DNA of 60,114 nucleotides, counting the filler, from Sphacelaria rigidula (lineage: Eukaryota): the NCBI GenBank assembly GCA_964200075.2. It is 10 parts of 10 records of this genome, joined end to end, with 100 filler letters (N's around TTAATTAATTAA, not from the genome) between each part and the next. Parts side by side here need not be neighbours in the genome. Positions count along the whole stretch, not along the records: positions 6,023 to 11,944 come from CAXNAA020023469.1; positions 12,045 to 17,966 come from CAXNAA020023470.1; positions 18,067 to 23,988 come from CAXNAA020023471.1; 7 more parts are not named here. The stretch is one strand, 5' to 3'. The stretch's first letter is position 1. Every line of letters starts with the position of its first letter. Shown one piece after another: positions 11,225 through 23,382 of this stretch. Below the pieces are notes generated by a model that was not told the origin of the DNA, did not search any database, and worked only from the letters and a program-made list of their open reading frames with translations. Made by a program: the position numbers and the translations under genes.

Positions 11225-11789
11225 CTGTTGTTAACTACATTCTCCGCAGACCCCGCGGGTCTCTCCTTGCCGTTGTGAAATTCACCATTGCCGATTGCCA
11301 GCTCAAAATCAAACGTATCAACAAAAACAGCACGCTCGTCGCTCTCTCTCATCGCCCGCACTACTGTCCCAGGGCCACTGCCGCCGCCCGCTTCTCCTAC
11401 TCCAACGCCGGCGGCGCCAACGCCGGCGGCGGCAGCACCAGCAGCACCAGTAGCTGCAGTAGCGCCACGAGAACATCTAGAGGCTTCATGTTTGCCGGCA
11501 AGCTCACTCCCACGTGCCGCTGCCGCCGCCGGTGCACCCTCTTCCCCAATTTCAAATATGGCTTCAGCTCGGCGCCTGGTAGGCGATGGACAGTCGTATC
11601 TTGGAAGAGTGTCGTTCGAGCCATGCAGTCGTGTAGAAAACGGCAGAGGGCGGCGCCGGCGCACTGAGGAAGAACCCGTGCTTCTGCGCAGTCCGGGAGA
11701 TTTGCGTTGCAATATACAAGTATACGCCAGCGGTTTGCAGGCGGGTCGGGGTAGGGTGGGTAACTGCCAGGCAAGGGGTTAGATGTTTG
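11225..11789 (-). CDS. Exon of an uncharacterised gene; needs an internal frame change
   Basis: Acceptor TTTTCCTCGTAG, donor AG|GTGAGG. The 5' part reads in the frame of ORF 11397-11774 and the 3' part in the frame of ORF 11221-11712. The phase-2 donor fits the next exon. Confidence 0.55.
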
Positions 11790-12044
11790 CTACGAGGAAA
11801 ATACGGCCGCGGACGGGGGTAATTAGGCTACCTGCAGGAAGAGGCACGGAGAGAGAGGGAGAGAGAGGGGGGGGGGGGGGGGGGGGGGGACCTGTTTGTG
11901 TGTGTGCGTTGTATTTGTGCCACAGCCCGCCCCGCCGTTGGGGGNNNNNNNNNNNNNNNNNNNNNNNNNNNNNNNNNNNNNNNNNNNNTTAATTAATTAA
12001 NNNNNNNNNNNNNNNNNNNNNNNNNNNNNNNNNNNNNNNNNNNN

Positions 12045-13250
12045 GGACCCCACTCCGTTGGGCAATGTTTTGCGGCTAGCTGTGAGCAAGCCAGATCAGT
12101 TATCCGACTCCCTCGACGTTGACTTTCATGTATCACGTTCCTGAAAAAAAACGGGCAACTGTACGACCTCGACGGCATCTCCGTCAATCTCGCGGCGGCG
12201 TGCCCAACGGACTAGGGTCCGAAAACTCAATCCGCGGGAGGAAATCACCTGATATTGTTGCTGAAATCGTCAACTCGTACAACTCCACATTCCCGTGCAT
12301 AAAAGTCGGTCTAAGGTCGGTCTTAGAGGCAACCGCCGACAGCATTTCTTCCCGAAAGCGACAAGCGTGGCGTACGCAGTGTAATCATGGTGTGCTACGT
12401 ACGGGACACTCCGAGTCGATACGACGCAAGTCAGTACTAACCTTCTCGCAGTAATTACTCGCCCCGGCGGCCCGCAGACTGTCCAGAATGGGTCGGAACA
12501 TACTCTCCAGGTCCTTCACAGCGAATGTTCTCCCGGTATCGATGCGGCGGGACGATAGCCTGGCGGACATCCCAAAGGCCAAGTTCCGTGAGACTCAACA
12601 GACACGAATTTACCAGGATTTGTATGCCCATGGAACGAGACTACAATGACTTCGAGTAGTCAAGCTACACGGAATCATCCACGGATTGAGTGGGTGACCA
12701 ACCCGTTCATTCATGAATTTTTCCCAACGTCAACCCGATTGCGAACGGGAACGAGTTTCCGAAATTCGCCGGCCACGAAGACACATCACGGTTGCTGTTC
12801 ACGCACAACGTTAAGGATCGAGACACGCGACCATCCTACACGAGTTGCTGAAAGAGGCGGCTCCAACGTGATCGAAGTTCGGCTATTATTTCAAACAAGA
12901 TCACCGCTTGCCCGAGATCGTAGGTGACCCTCATCTCCTCAATTGGGATTGTGCATGAGTGTGCAGCGCCTCACCTCTCGGTCTCCACCAAGAGGCGCGT
13001 TTCCAACTGAGTAAGTTTGTCCAAAAGGGCGCACAATGACAGGCCCCTATTGATGCCACTTTGTTTTGCCACCCTGAACAGACCCTCCGTTCGCTGCGTC
13101 GCCACCATACCCAGGGTAAGATGTGTCGGCCGGCAGGAAAAAGCCCATTTTTCTTTCTTCCTGAAGGGATGGAGAGGCCGGTCGGCGGATGCAACACACG
13201 GCGCCGAATGTAGGGTCGGGTTAAGTTGCATTGTCCACAGCTTCGCCGCC
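12045..13250 (-). pseudogene. Degenerate Mutator-like (MULE) transposase remnant
   Basis: KEKWAFSCRPTHLTLGMVATQRTEGLFRVAK in ORF 12971-13324 fits the MULE/FAR1 (R/K)ExWA...GMxxTQRxE motif. A possible SWIM-finger start lies at the contig edge. Many stops; boundaries approximate. Confidence 0.55.
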
Positions 13251-13739
13251 GGGGATGTGTTTAGTGTCCCGATACGTTCCGTGTCAACTTGCGTCGTAGG
13301 CAACGAGTGTCCCGGTGTCCACACCGTCTAATGGTCATGATCAACCATCCAGATGTCTGCCATACCAGAATAGAACCTCGTCAGTACCCGCGGTCTGGGG
13401 ATATGGATACTCGGCGATCTTGTGGGCAGCTGCACCGTGCAGCTAGGGCTCTGTTAACACAGCTACGCAGCTGTTCTCTGCCTGTAATGGATCGAACAAC
13501 AGGGAAGGACTTCCCAAGTGTACACAATAGATTACTGGGTCCTTATGAGGCGGGTGGGACTTCGATTTCTTGAAGTCCTACACGGCTTGGGGTGCGGCGC
13601 TCACTTTGCCATAAGCACGTATCTCATCCGGTTCGGGTCCGTTTGCTCCGTTCGATGGCTTGAACGATAGCTAGAGACTGTGTGAGTGTTTTCCATGTGT
13701 TGCTGTGTCCATGCGGGGCTTGTGGGGCGGATGCTGAAC

Positions 13740-13879
13740 GTTGACGGATGTAACAGATTACGTCAATGTTGGCGGATGTAACACAGTACGTCAATGTTGG
13801 CGGATGTAACCCAGTACGTCAATGTTGGCGGATGTAACACAGTGCGTCAATGTTGGCGGATGTAACACAGTGCGTCAAC
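13740..13879. repeat. Minisatellite, 5 x 28 bp (GTTGGCGGATGTAACACAGTACGTCAAT)
   Basis: Five head-to-tail copies with no spacers. Confidence 0.97.
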
Positions 13880-13899
13880 ATTGATGTAAATAGCAAGAC

Positions 13900-16506
13900 C
13901 CTTTGTTTACGCCTACTCGTGTCCCGCAGGGAGTGTTGAACGCCACGGCGTATGTCCAAGGTGTGCTGACTGACAGTTTGCGAGGTCTAAAATGTAAAGT
14001 GTGGGTGGATGACGTTTTCTACTTTGCTGAAACCGAAGAAGCATTGTTAGCTTCGCTTGAAAAAATTCTTGGCCGCTTGGAGAGTATTGGTCTGTTCATC
14101 GCTGCGCATAAGAGCACTTTTTTTGCCCGCGAAGTGGTGTGGTGTGGCAAGGTGTACCCCAAGGCCACTGTTTCGCATGATCCCGTCCGCATCCAAGGTT
14201 TGGGCAATATGCGACGTCCTCGAACCGTTAGTGAGCTGATGCAGTTTCTGCAGGCGTTAAACTGGTTGCGGACTTCGCTCTCGCGCATGGCGAAAATAGT
14301 TGCGCCGCTTCGTGTGTCATTGGAACAACTCATGGTCGGGACTTTGCGTCGGACCAAGTGGGTGCCGTGTAACCATATCATCCCGGAGGGCGCTTGCACG
14401 AAGGATCGTATGCGGGCATGGCGTGCTGCGCAAGATTTGGTGGCGCAAGCGGTGCCGCTGTATCATCCTCTCCCAGGGTGCGTTGTTCTGATGTTTCCAG
14501 ATGCTTCGGATTTCCACTGGGGTAATTATTTAACGCAAGTGCCTGTCGCCGAGTTTAGTAGTGGCAGTGCGCTCGAAAACAGGTCACACGAGCCGTTGGC
14601 GTTTCTGAGTGGTAGCTTGAAGGGTTCACAGTTGCGGTGAGCGACAGTGGACAAAGAAGGTTTCGCGATAGTCAATACATTTCGAAGGCTAGAGTACTTG
14701 CTCCGGGGTGGCGTTCGCATTTTCACCGATCATCGCGATCTGAAATACATTTTCAATCCCGAATAGTGTGCCACGTCGGTGACGAAGGTCACGGCGCAAC
14801 GGCTTTAAAATTGGAAAAGTGTGCCAATATCGGTACGACATTAAACACATTCCTGGAAAGCACAATTGTTGGGGAGATTGGTTGTCTCGCTGGGTAAAGG
14901 TTCTTGCCGTGCCTGTTCGCTCTGTTGCCGTGTACAGTCCGTGTGATGCCGATGATTCGCTGCCCTCGTTAGATGCCATTCGTACCGCGCAGCGCAAAAC
15001 AGTCGGCGACGGTGTTTATTCTGTTCCAGTGACTTTCCGTCAAACTGCTTCGGCTGACGATGGTTTGTTTCGCGTGCGTGTTGGCAGTAGTGATGTTTTG
15101 TGGGTTCCGTCGGATGATAAGGCTTTACAAACTCGCTTGATGGTGTGCGCCAACATGCGGTCGACTGATCACCGAGGTGCGGCGCCGACTCTGTTTCGTT
15201 TGAAAGAATACTGTGTGTGGCCTCACATGGATTCCCACGTTCGCGAGTTCGTTCGCCAGTGTTTGCATTGTGTAGACACTCGTGCTGGTGCGATTGTACC
15301 TCGTCCGTATGGCGATACTGTGCATGGTACTACGCCAGGTGAAGTTGCTCACTTTGATTTTCTGTACGTCGGAAGTAGCGGACCTGAAGGTGCTAATGGT
15401 TCGCCTGAGTGATGAGGATGGCTTTCGGTACGTTTTGGTCATCATGAATGATTTGTCCAATTTCGTTTCGTTGGAGCCGACCGAGGCTTGCACCGCCGAG
15501 GTTACGGCTGAGCACTTGCTATATTGGTGCAAGACTTTGGGGATGCCGCGTGTGTGGGTTAGTGATACCGCCACGCACTTAAAGAATCAAGTGATCGCGC
15601 AGCTGAGCGATGCGCTCAAGGTACAACACCAACTTGCTGTTGCGTATACCCCTTGGTCGAATGGTGCTTGTGAACGCATGGTGAAAGAGGTTGTCCGTGC
15701 GTTGCGGCCCATTTTGTCGGAACAGCGACGGCTGGTGTCTGAATGGGTTGATGTTTTGCCAGCCGCTCAGTGGGCGTTGAATACTTCTTTTCGTGAACGC
15801 TACCGTAACACCCCGTATTGTGTGGTGTTTGGGCGTGCGCCGCGTACAGCGTTTTCCGCGCTGACTTCTGTTACTAGCGGCGAGTGGACGCCGATGTCAT
15901 GGATACTGATACGTTGCGTAACAAGGTTCGAGGCGTGGTTGACGAGCAAGTGCGGTTTTGTAACGAAGTGCAAGCTGCTGTCGCGGTGTCTCGTGAGACC
16001 AGAGGCAAGCTTGCTCAAGCCAGGTTGTGTTGCCCAAGTTTGCAGTCGGCGATTTTGTCTTGTATGCCCGTGTTCGGAGGCGAGGTGTGGCGCCAAAGTT
16101 GATGTCCACATGGACAGGTCCTTGGCGAGTGGTCGGAGCCGATCACGCTGACGTGTATTCGGCAGAACAATGTTTCTGGCGCCGTGCACTCGGCCCATGT
16201 CGCTCGTTCGGGTGTCTGCGCTGGCTCGTAGTTGCACCTCACTGCGGAACTAAACGATGTGTTTCAGCATTCGTTTGCTCAATGCCAATGTCGGATGAAT
16301 GCTTTGGTACACGTCGTAGAGGAAGACAATGATGATGTCATTGTTTTGGTCGATTGGGATGGGTTCGGTGCTAAAGGGCGTACGTGAGAGTTTCTTCGCA
16401 AGTTTCATTCTTCCGCGTCTGAATCTATTTTGAGAACCTGCATAAACTGCGGTCAACTCGGGCGCTGACCAGTAACTTAGCATCGGAGTATGGTATTTGT
16501 TTGTGA
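13900..16506 (+). mobile_element. Ty3/gypsy pol relic: RT (5'-truncated), RNase H, integrase, chromodomain-like C-terminus
   Basis: RVPQG and WVDD (RT); FPDASD and IFTDHRDL (RNase H); HRG...CLHC, HFDFL, SDTATH and WSNGACER (integrase); WTGPWRV; VLVDWDGF...RT*E. Multiple stops and frameshifts. Confidence 0.96.
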
Positions 16507-16629
16507 TCTGGCGCATGCGATTTCGCCTTGGTTCTTCGTTGATAGTCGAGTTCATTGGTTTGTCTTGGACTTGTTTTGAGGTTGCTGCAGCCAAGTGAAA
16601 CCAAGCCGTAGATTTTGGTGTAATCCAAA

Positions 16630-16834
16630 GATTGGAGCAGTGGCAGGGGACAGGGGATCCTGGATTGATGCCCATTTCCTGTGTGGCCTGTTGCTACCTG
16701 CCTTGTGATCTGTTAAGAATCACTCCGTGATAATAACACGCTGGAAGAAAGGACTCGTCAAACACAAGGCCAGTGGCACTGGGGGAGTACCTTGTTGAAA
16801 GTCCCCTTGTTCAGATCGTGTAAAAGAGGCTACA
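16630..16834 (+). repeat. Candidate 3' LTR (distal part) of the gypsy element
   Basis: Lies downstream of pol, ends GCTACA, and is homologous to the reverse complement of 43793-44002, which precedes a gag ORF. Confidence 0.75.
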
Positions 16835-18066
16835 CGTCCAGTGAAGGCAATGGGCTACTTTCTGACATCTAAAAATCGTACTGCATGGCGAAGTACTAAT
16901 ACCGGGTACTTCTTGCAGCATCGTCCCGATAATCGAGCGGCGAACCTGCCTGATATCCCCACCCGTGTATCGGAGACCCCGTGGCCATCTTTTTCCATTC
17001 CCAGACTTCGTCAGGGCTGGGAACCGTAGCAGGAAAGAGGGATTTGGAGGTGCGTACGAGCTGCGCCAGCTGGTGATGGTGATTTTTGCTTATTTTCGCG
17101 TCTGGCGGTACTGAATCTGGGAACCTCGGCCCTGAAAGTTTGACAGTTATTTGTACGTGACTTTTTTCTCTGGCCATACTCGTATTTTCAATAACGAACG
17201 ATAGTATCAGCGAAAAAAATGCTTTCCCCCAGTATTCTTGTAAACGCTAGCTGTTGTGCAAGTTAGACCAAAGGCAAAACTTCGATCAACGGAAAACGCA
17301 GAGGTGCCGCGGAACGGCCCTAACAAGTAGAGGGAACCGTTTAATGCTGTCAACGTCCGGCCAGTCGTCTCGTCGGTCGGAAAAACGCCCAAGAAGAGTC
17401 AAAAGACTCTTCTCAACGAAAATATTGTTATTAGATACATGAGTAGCCTATTCCGTGAACGGGAAACGGCGACATCCCCAAAAGTGTTGACGTTCTTGCG
17501 TACAGGAGACCCTGCCAAGTAGATTAAAAACTCCTAAAATCGGGCCCCGATGAGCACTTTTCATGTGAAACCGCGTCGTAATTGTAATCCAGCAGGCTAC
17601 ATCGAGCTCTCGTTACGATTCATGACCTCAGGCATATATATGTCGTCGGATATCAGAGACTCTGAAGAAAACCCGAACTCAAACGCAGTTGGCGGGGAAA
17701 CACCCAGGGTTTTCTGATCGACATTGTGCTTACTGTACAAGTGGGCCACGCAGGCACGGTAGCCTCACGATTCCCAGTCACCAACCCGAAAATTTTGTTG
17801 ACACCAACGCGCAACGTTTTTTCCGTAACTCAACCCGCCGCTTGGCCCGAAAAAAACACACACGATCACACTTTGACCCCCGCCCCGCCTCCCGCTGTTG
17901 GTGTGAACAGCCTTTTCAGTGTAGTCTACAGTACTGACAAACCACGGTACGAAGGTATCTGTCTTTNNNNNNNNNNNNNNNNNNNNNNNNNNNNNNNNNN
18001 NNNNNNNNNNTTAATTAATTAANNNNNNNNNNNNNNNNNNNNNNNNNNNNNNNNNNNNNNNNNNNN

Positions 18067-18701
18067 TGTCCCAAGGAATCCAATTCAGTGGCTCCGAGTC
18101 GAGCTTTGGATGGAGACAATTTCAAGTCGTGTGTACGCAAGCGGGAGAGAAATTCCCGTAGAGTGCGAACATGCGCCTTGGGGGAGGCATCAAAAGCGAT
18201 AGCATCGTGGAGATACATGATAGCATGCTCGAGACCGTCAGTAACGCGTTGCATGAGGGATTAAAAACAGCCAGGTGCGGTGGCAGCGCCTTGTGGCATA
18301 CGAAGCCACTCAAAAAGCCCTGAAGATGTACAGAACGCTGTCAAGGGAATTGTATCGGGGTAGAGTGCATTTTGGAAAAATCCAGAAGCCAGATCGAAAG
18401 TGCTGAATATTTTTCCGTCGCCGAGAGAGTCGAAGACTTTGTCGATGCGAAGTATGGGGAGTTTTCCCACGACAGTGACGCGGTTCAGCCGTTTGTAATT
18501 CACGGTGATGCGGATGTTGCCATCTTTCTTGGGGATGACCACGAGGGGTGAGGCCCATGGCGAAGACGAGTGTTGAATCAGATCAGCTCCTAAGTAGGCA
18601 TCCAAAGTAGCATTGACTTTTTTAGTGAGGAGGGAATTCATGCGATATGGTCGAGATGAGATTGGCGAAACGCCAGGTTGCAGTGTTATCTCGAATGGCA
18701 A
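18067..18701 (-). pseudogene. Gypsy reverse transcriptase, disrupted
   Basis: ORFs 18261-18701 and 18067-18254 carry canonical RT motifs. The catalytic motif reads YLHD and there is a frameshift. Confidence 0.95.
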
Positions 18702-21700
18702 TGTTTTACAATGCCCGAGATCCGTCTTGGATCGTGAAAATCTGTCCGGATATTCCAGGAGAACATCTTGTAGCTCTTGGATGACGGCGGGCTCTCAGCC
18801 CGGACCATGTAGGTCAAAATGGATATCACGCAAATGAGGTGGAAGTTGGTGCCACATTTGCAAGGAATGTTCCCGAGAATCGACTGACAAGCGTTGAAGC
18901 ACTTCATCAGGAGGTTCAGCAGGGGGCCTGTCGGGTTCCACCGCGGAAATCTGAGTCGGCGAGGGGGCGGAGAGATTGAAGTATGGCTCATCGACGCAGT
19001 GGACAAAACCGTCAGTCGGCGGCGTGAGATCAGGCGCCGGAGGGTCGGCGACACAGGTTTCCAGAGGAATGTGCATAAGAGGAGCCGCGGCGATGCCTAA
19101 GACATCGCCAGGTTCCAAATTAGCATGGCCTGTGAGAGGCAAGAGTTGGGCGCCGTCCGAGACAAAATGTTCAGTGCCAGCGGGCGCACCGACGTTAGGC
19201 AGCAATTCAGCAAGGTAGTGGCCGGTGAGGGCAGGCATGCCGTTGCGGCGAACAAGCGAAACTTTCAAGAGTTGAGGCTCGTCGGAAAGGGTGACGCCAG
19301 AACTGCCATTGTACCGAAGATGGTAAGCCGCTCCAGTAGCCTGCTCATTCTTTTTGTAGGCTAAGGCACCATTGAGGGTACCAAAGTGTTCCAGTTGGAG
19401 CTCTCCACGAGGCGCCGACTGAGGCGATAATGGTGGGAGGGTGCGGTACGTACGTTGGTCGGACCGCATGTAGCTATCTCTGCAAGAAGGAGAGCATGAT
19501 GCATGGTGCTATCAGGGACGATGTGCGCCCAGACTGCGAGACTAGCCGAACGTGTATCGTGGTGGAAAAATTGCACACTAAGACGAACAGATTTTCGTGT
19601 CGTCAAGGGTGAATTGGAGTCGCCGAAACCGCCCCAAACGCGAGGTTGGGTGGTGATTTCGCAAACATCGGAAGTAGCGCTAGTCTGCTTCATATTACTC
19701 TACATGGATTCTTTGATGAATGTCTGTGGACTTCCGCTGTCGTCTAACAACGAGACGCACTTGGCGCGCGCGGTGGGGTAAGGGCCGCAGTGTAATGTTA
19801 CGCGGGTAGTGAAGATGGCAGGATCAACGGACACCTTACCACCAACAAGGTCAGGGCCATGTTCAGAGAAGGTGAATTGGTCAGGAGTAGTTGCACTGAC
19901 CGTGAAAACGGGTGGCGGGTAATCCGCGGGGGTTCGAAGGTATCGGTAGACATCGTGGGGGTCTGATCCGATCGTGAAGGCCAGCGTGAATCATGATTTT
20001 GATCAATCTCGTAAATCACTGGCTTGGAAGTACAAGGATCATTGTTGAATAGAGCTTGCTGCGAAGTGCAACAGGGGTCATCGGTGGAGGATGCGGTACC
20101 GTCTGAAAGGTCCGATTTGGACTCCTCTGGGATGCCTGGCAATGTCATCGAGCCCGAAGTCGCCGCTTTTTGGGGAGAATGAGGTCGGAATTTTCTTCTG
20201 ACGGGAGGGGGACGTGTCAATGCTCGCGCTTCCGTGGGAGCATGACGACGAGGCTTCCTCTCGTGCCATGACAAATGACTGGGAACTTCCAAGACTTCTC
20301 GGGAAACTACAACTGCGTACAGTTGAGGTGATTTGTCAACATCGGGGCACGCTCGGCCGAAACTTGTGGACTGTCCGCTGGCAAGCTCGGTACAAAGAGC
20401 ACTGCTAAATGTGAAAGGGGACGAGTGTTGTCCGCTGTATGTCGGGGTAGTTTTGCAGCAGAAGAGTGACGCGAAAAACGACTACGATCAGGCCGGGTGG
20501 GAGCCGAAAGGTTTGAAGCGGTCAGGTTCGAACCATCAACGCCAGAACCAGGCGAAGGAAGTCTGCTACAACCGGTGCATGCGGTCGTTGAGGGAAGCCT
20601 GTGCTTCAAGGATCCGCGGTCGGTCTTCTCACACCTCAGATTTATACTTAGTTCCGGAGGACCAATTCTGGAGCCAAGCATAGAGCTGGGTTGTGAGTCA
20701 ACACAACGGTTACGCTGCGTAGGTGAGGATAAAGACAGGGGTCGAGAAGAACGGTCGTCATTAGATCTCCTGAATAGTGATGGGTGAGAACGTTTTGTCA
20801 CCCGAACGGTGATGTGTGTTGGATGAGTCTTCGATTCTGCTATCGGCGGCGCCGAAGACCTCACGCCGTCGTCGACGTTTCATGGATCGTTGCGATCCGT
20901 CATGAAAGAACCAGGTATTCTGGCATCGGGGTTGGTGTTGTGGTGAGTCGGCCCGGTTTGCTGCTGATGACCATGCGGAGACTAAGAAGGGCGGAAAGCA
21001 CTATATCTCTATGGCGAGTACCTGAGACTGTGGTAGTGGTGTGGCGGCGGTCGCGATTTGAGCACGAGTCGCTATGAGTTTGGTAAGGCTGGCGAGGGTG
21101 GCGAGAAGGTGGAGTATACTCGCGCATGCGTTTTTGCCATCGGCGCCACGCCTGCTTCTTGCTCTGAAGTTCAGGGTTCATGAGCAAAAACATATTGATG
21201 CAAGGTTGCGGGCAATCTCGCATACTGTGGCCAGTACCATTGCAGTTAATGCATGCGTTAGCAAGGCGATAGCAAGGGGGTCCACAAATGTGGCTCATCG
21301 GTGATGAAAGCAGTCGTGGAAACGACATGAACGTCATCAAAAGTGTCTGCCGAAAAAGGCAAAACATCGAAGCTTGCACGAAACGGGTCTCTTTTGTTAC
21401 GAACAGGCATGACCGATCCACCAACAGAGTTTGGTGTTCAAGTATTATTGGACAAAGTCTGAGTGCGTCCAAGAGGTCCGGAGGTACTCGTTGAAGCGGC
21501 ACGCAAGGTCTGCGAAGACCCAGAAGAACATTGTGCGCCACGAATGGCAGGCGTTAAATTATGTTCCTGATCTACAAACGCAATCCACATTGCGTCTACG
21601 AAGGCGTAAGGCACTTCTTTGTGCGTCAAAGCGCCCGGAAACAAAGACGGCATCAACGTCGGAAATTGCTGAGCGATACTATTGCGTGTTTGACACATAG

Positions 21701-21705
21701 CATCA

Positions 21706-23382
21706 CTAGGGCCATTCTGTGGCCCGATACCAGTCACACTCGACGCGGAGGAAGTCAGCACAGGGCACGTCTGTCGCGACGGCAAAGGAACTGAGGCGCT
21801 TGATGGCGCCTGCCTGATCAGACTTATCGAAATACCCTATGAAACGCCTTTCCAAATTGCTGAATAATAACGGCGCTGGTTGCCCGCTGGCATGACCTTG
21901 GTCCACGGCGGTGAAAAAGGAATCGAGAATCTGCGTCAAAGAGGTAACAACGTCAGGGGAGCGACGGCTGATCGAGCGGTGCAAAGCCTTATGCAGCGGT
22001 GTTTGCCAGCCATCGATCCAGTCAGAGTCTTCGAAGCGTTGTTGACCAGTTGCATCGGCCAACTCAAGGATATTGCGCATCGTTCGACACATCAAAGAAA
22101 TGAGAGCGGACGTAAACTGACGAGAGTCCTCATTGTCTGCAGCTAGCATGGTTTTGATATGCCATAATTTCTTAACATCCATCTGCAAGTATTCACGCTT
22201 GATCGCGGCGACACGAGAAGCTTCTATACGAGTATCAGCAGCGGCTTTGTCAGCGGCAGCTTGTTGTTTAGCAGCGGCGGCGGCAGCTAGTGATCGAGCC
22301 GAGTTGGAAGACAATGGACGAGCGGAATTATCACTATCACTATCCGTGAGACCTAAGATGCGAGCAGACGCATCAGCTAAAGGAGGCGTTACTTGCCTGA
22401 CGGCCGATAAGGGCCGGTCGTACTGCGTTGAGGCGTGGTGGCGGTGTCGTGCAGTCGACGAACCCGAAGACTGGTTGCCAGCCCGTTTGTGAGTGCCGCG
22501 GGTCGATCGTCGACTGTTGGTGTTAGTGCGGTGGGGCCCGTGCCCACGGCGTGGTGCAGCACCTGAAGGGTCGTCTTCAGAGTCGTCATCATTACGACGA
22601 TGGCGAGGGGGGTGCGGGGTGATCCAAGCTCCATCATCGTCGGGCGGCAGTGTATTGCGGGCTGCCCGCATGGCGGCAAAGAGGGCGGCGACGGCGGTCT
22701 CATAATTAGAACAAGCGTCCCCGGCACCAATCGTGAGATAAAACACGATTCGTTCGATGGTGAGAGCGCCGGGGTCGTTGCGCGGGAGCTGTCCACCTTG
22801 TTGGAGGAAGGGGACGATCACACCATTGACGAGCAGGATAAGAGAGCTCCAAGCCTGCCCAGAGGCGCGAAGGACGTTGTTGCAGGTGTATTCTCCCGAA
22901 AGTTGACGGAGCGTCCAACCGAACCAAGCACGTTCGCCGCTCTGCAGGTGCAGCCCGGGTGTGGCGGCGGGGGGCGCCGAAGCCCGAGGGACCTGCAGGG
23001 GTGCAGGCGGGGGAAGCGGGAGCGAGGCCGCAGAAGCCGCGGCAGTAGCGCGTAAGCGCGAAGGCTGGCGGTCTGTTCGAGAGCCAGGAATGGCGGCGGC
23101 AGGTGCAGGCTCTGCCGGCGTGGTCCGGAGCAGAGAAATATGTTGTTCTTGTTCCATGGAACGTAGAGCCGTAATCACAGTTTGGGTCGCGGTCTCGCAT
23201 TGACGCAAACGGTGTTCATCGCGGCGGACGGAATCCTGTATCTGGCCGAGCGTAGCGAGGCGTTCATTGAGGGTACATTGAGCCGCCCGCTGGCGGCTGG
23301 ATGCCGAACCAACGGCCTGGCGTTGGCGCGCCAGTCGTTCCGCGAGGTCATCCTGAAGGAGACGGGGAGCAGCGTTGTCCAC
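21706..23382 (-). CDS. Gag-like ORF, 558 aa
   Basis: Longest ORF in the window, upstream of the CCHC knuckle, protease and RT on the same strand. Confidence 0.75.
   Translation of the reverse strand: MDNAAPRLLQDDLAERLARQRQAVGSASSRQRAAQCTLNERLATLGQIQDSVRRDEHRLRQCETATQTVITALRSMEQEQHISLLRTTPAEPAPAAAIPGSRTDRQPSRLRATAAASAASLPLPPPAPLQVPRASAPPAATPGLHLQSGERAWFGWTLRQLSGEYTCNNVLRASGQAWSSLILLVNGVIVPFLQQGGQLPRNDPGALTIERIVFYLTIGAGDACSNYETAVAALFAAMRAARNTLPPDDDGAWITPHPPRHRRNDDDSEDDPSGAAPRRGHGPHRTNTNSRRSTRGTHKRAGNQSSGSSTARHRHHASTQYDRPLSAVRQVTPPLADASARILGLTDSDSDNSARPLSSNSARSLAAAAAAKQQAAADKAAADTRIEASRVAAIKREYLQMDVKKLWHIKTMLAADNEDSRQFTSALISLMCRTMRNILELADATGQQRFEDSDWIDGWQTPLHKALHRSISRRSPDVVTSLTQILDSFFTAVDQGHASGQPAPLLFSNLERRFIGYFDKSDQAGAIKRLSSFAVATDVPCADFLRVECDWYRATEWP

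Noticed and set aside
9898..11782. Plus-strand ORFs of 240, 207 and 164 aa
   Set aside because: Antisense shadows of GC-rich minus-strand exons; splice signals support the minus strand.
13740..13879. 28-bp repeats as a CRISPR array
   Set aside because: Head-to-tail with no unique spacers, no cas genes, eukaryotic context.
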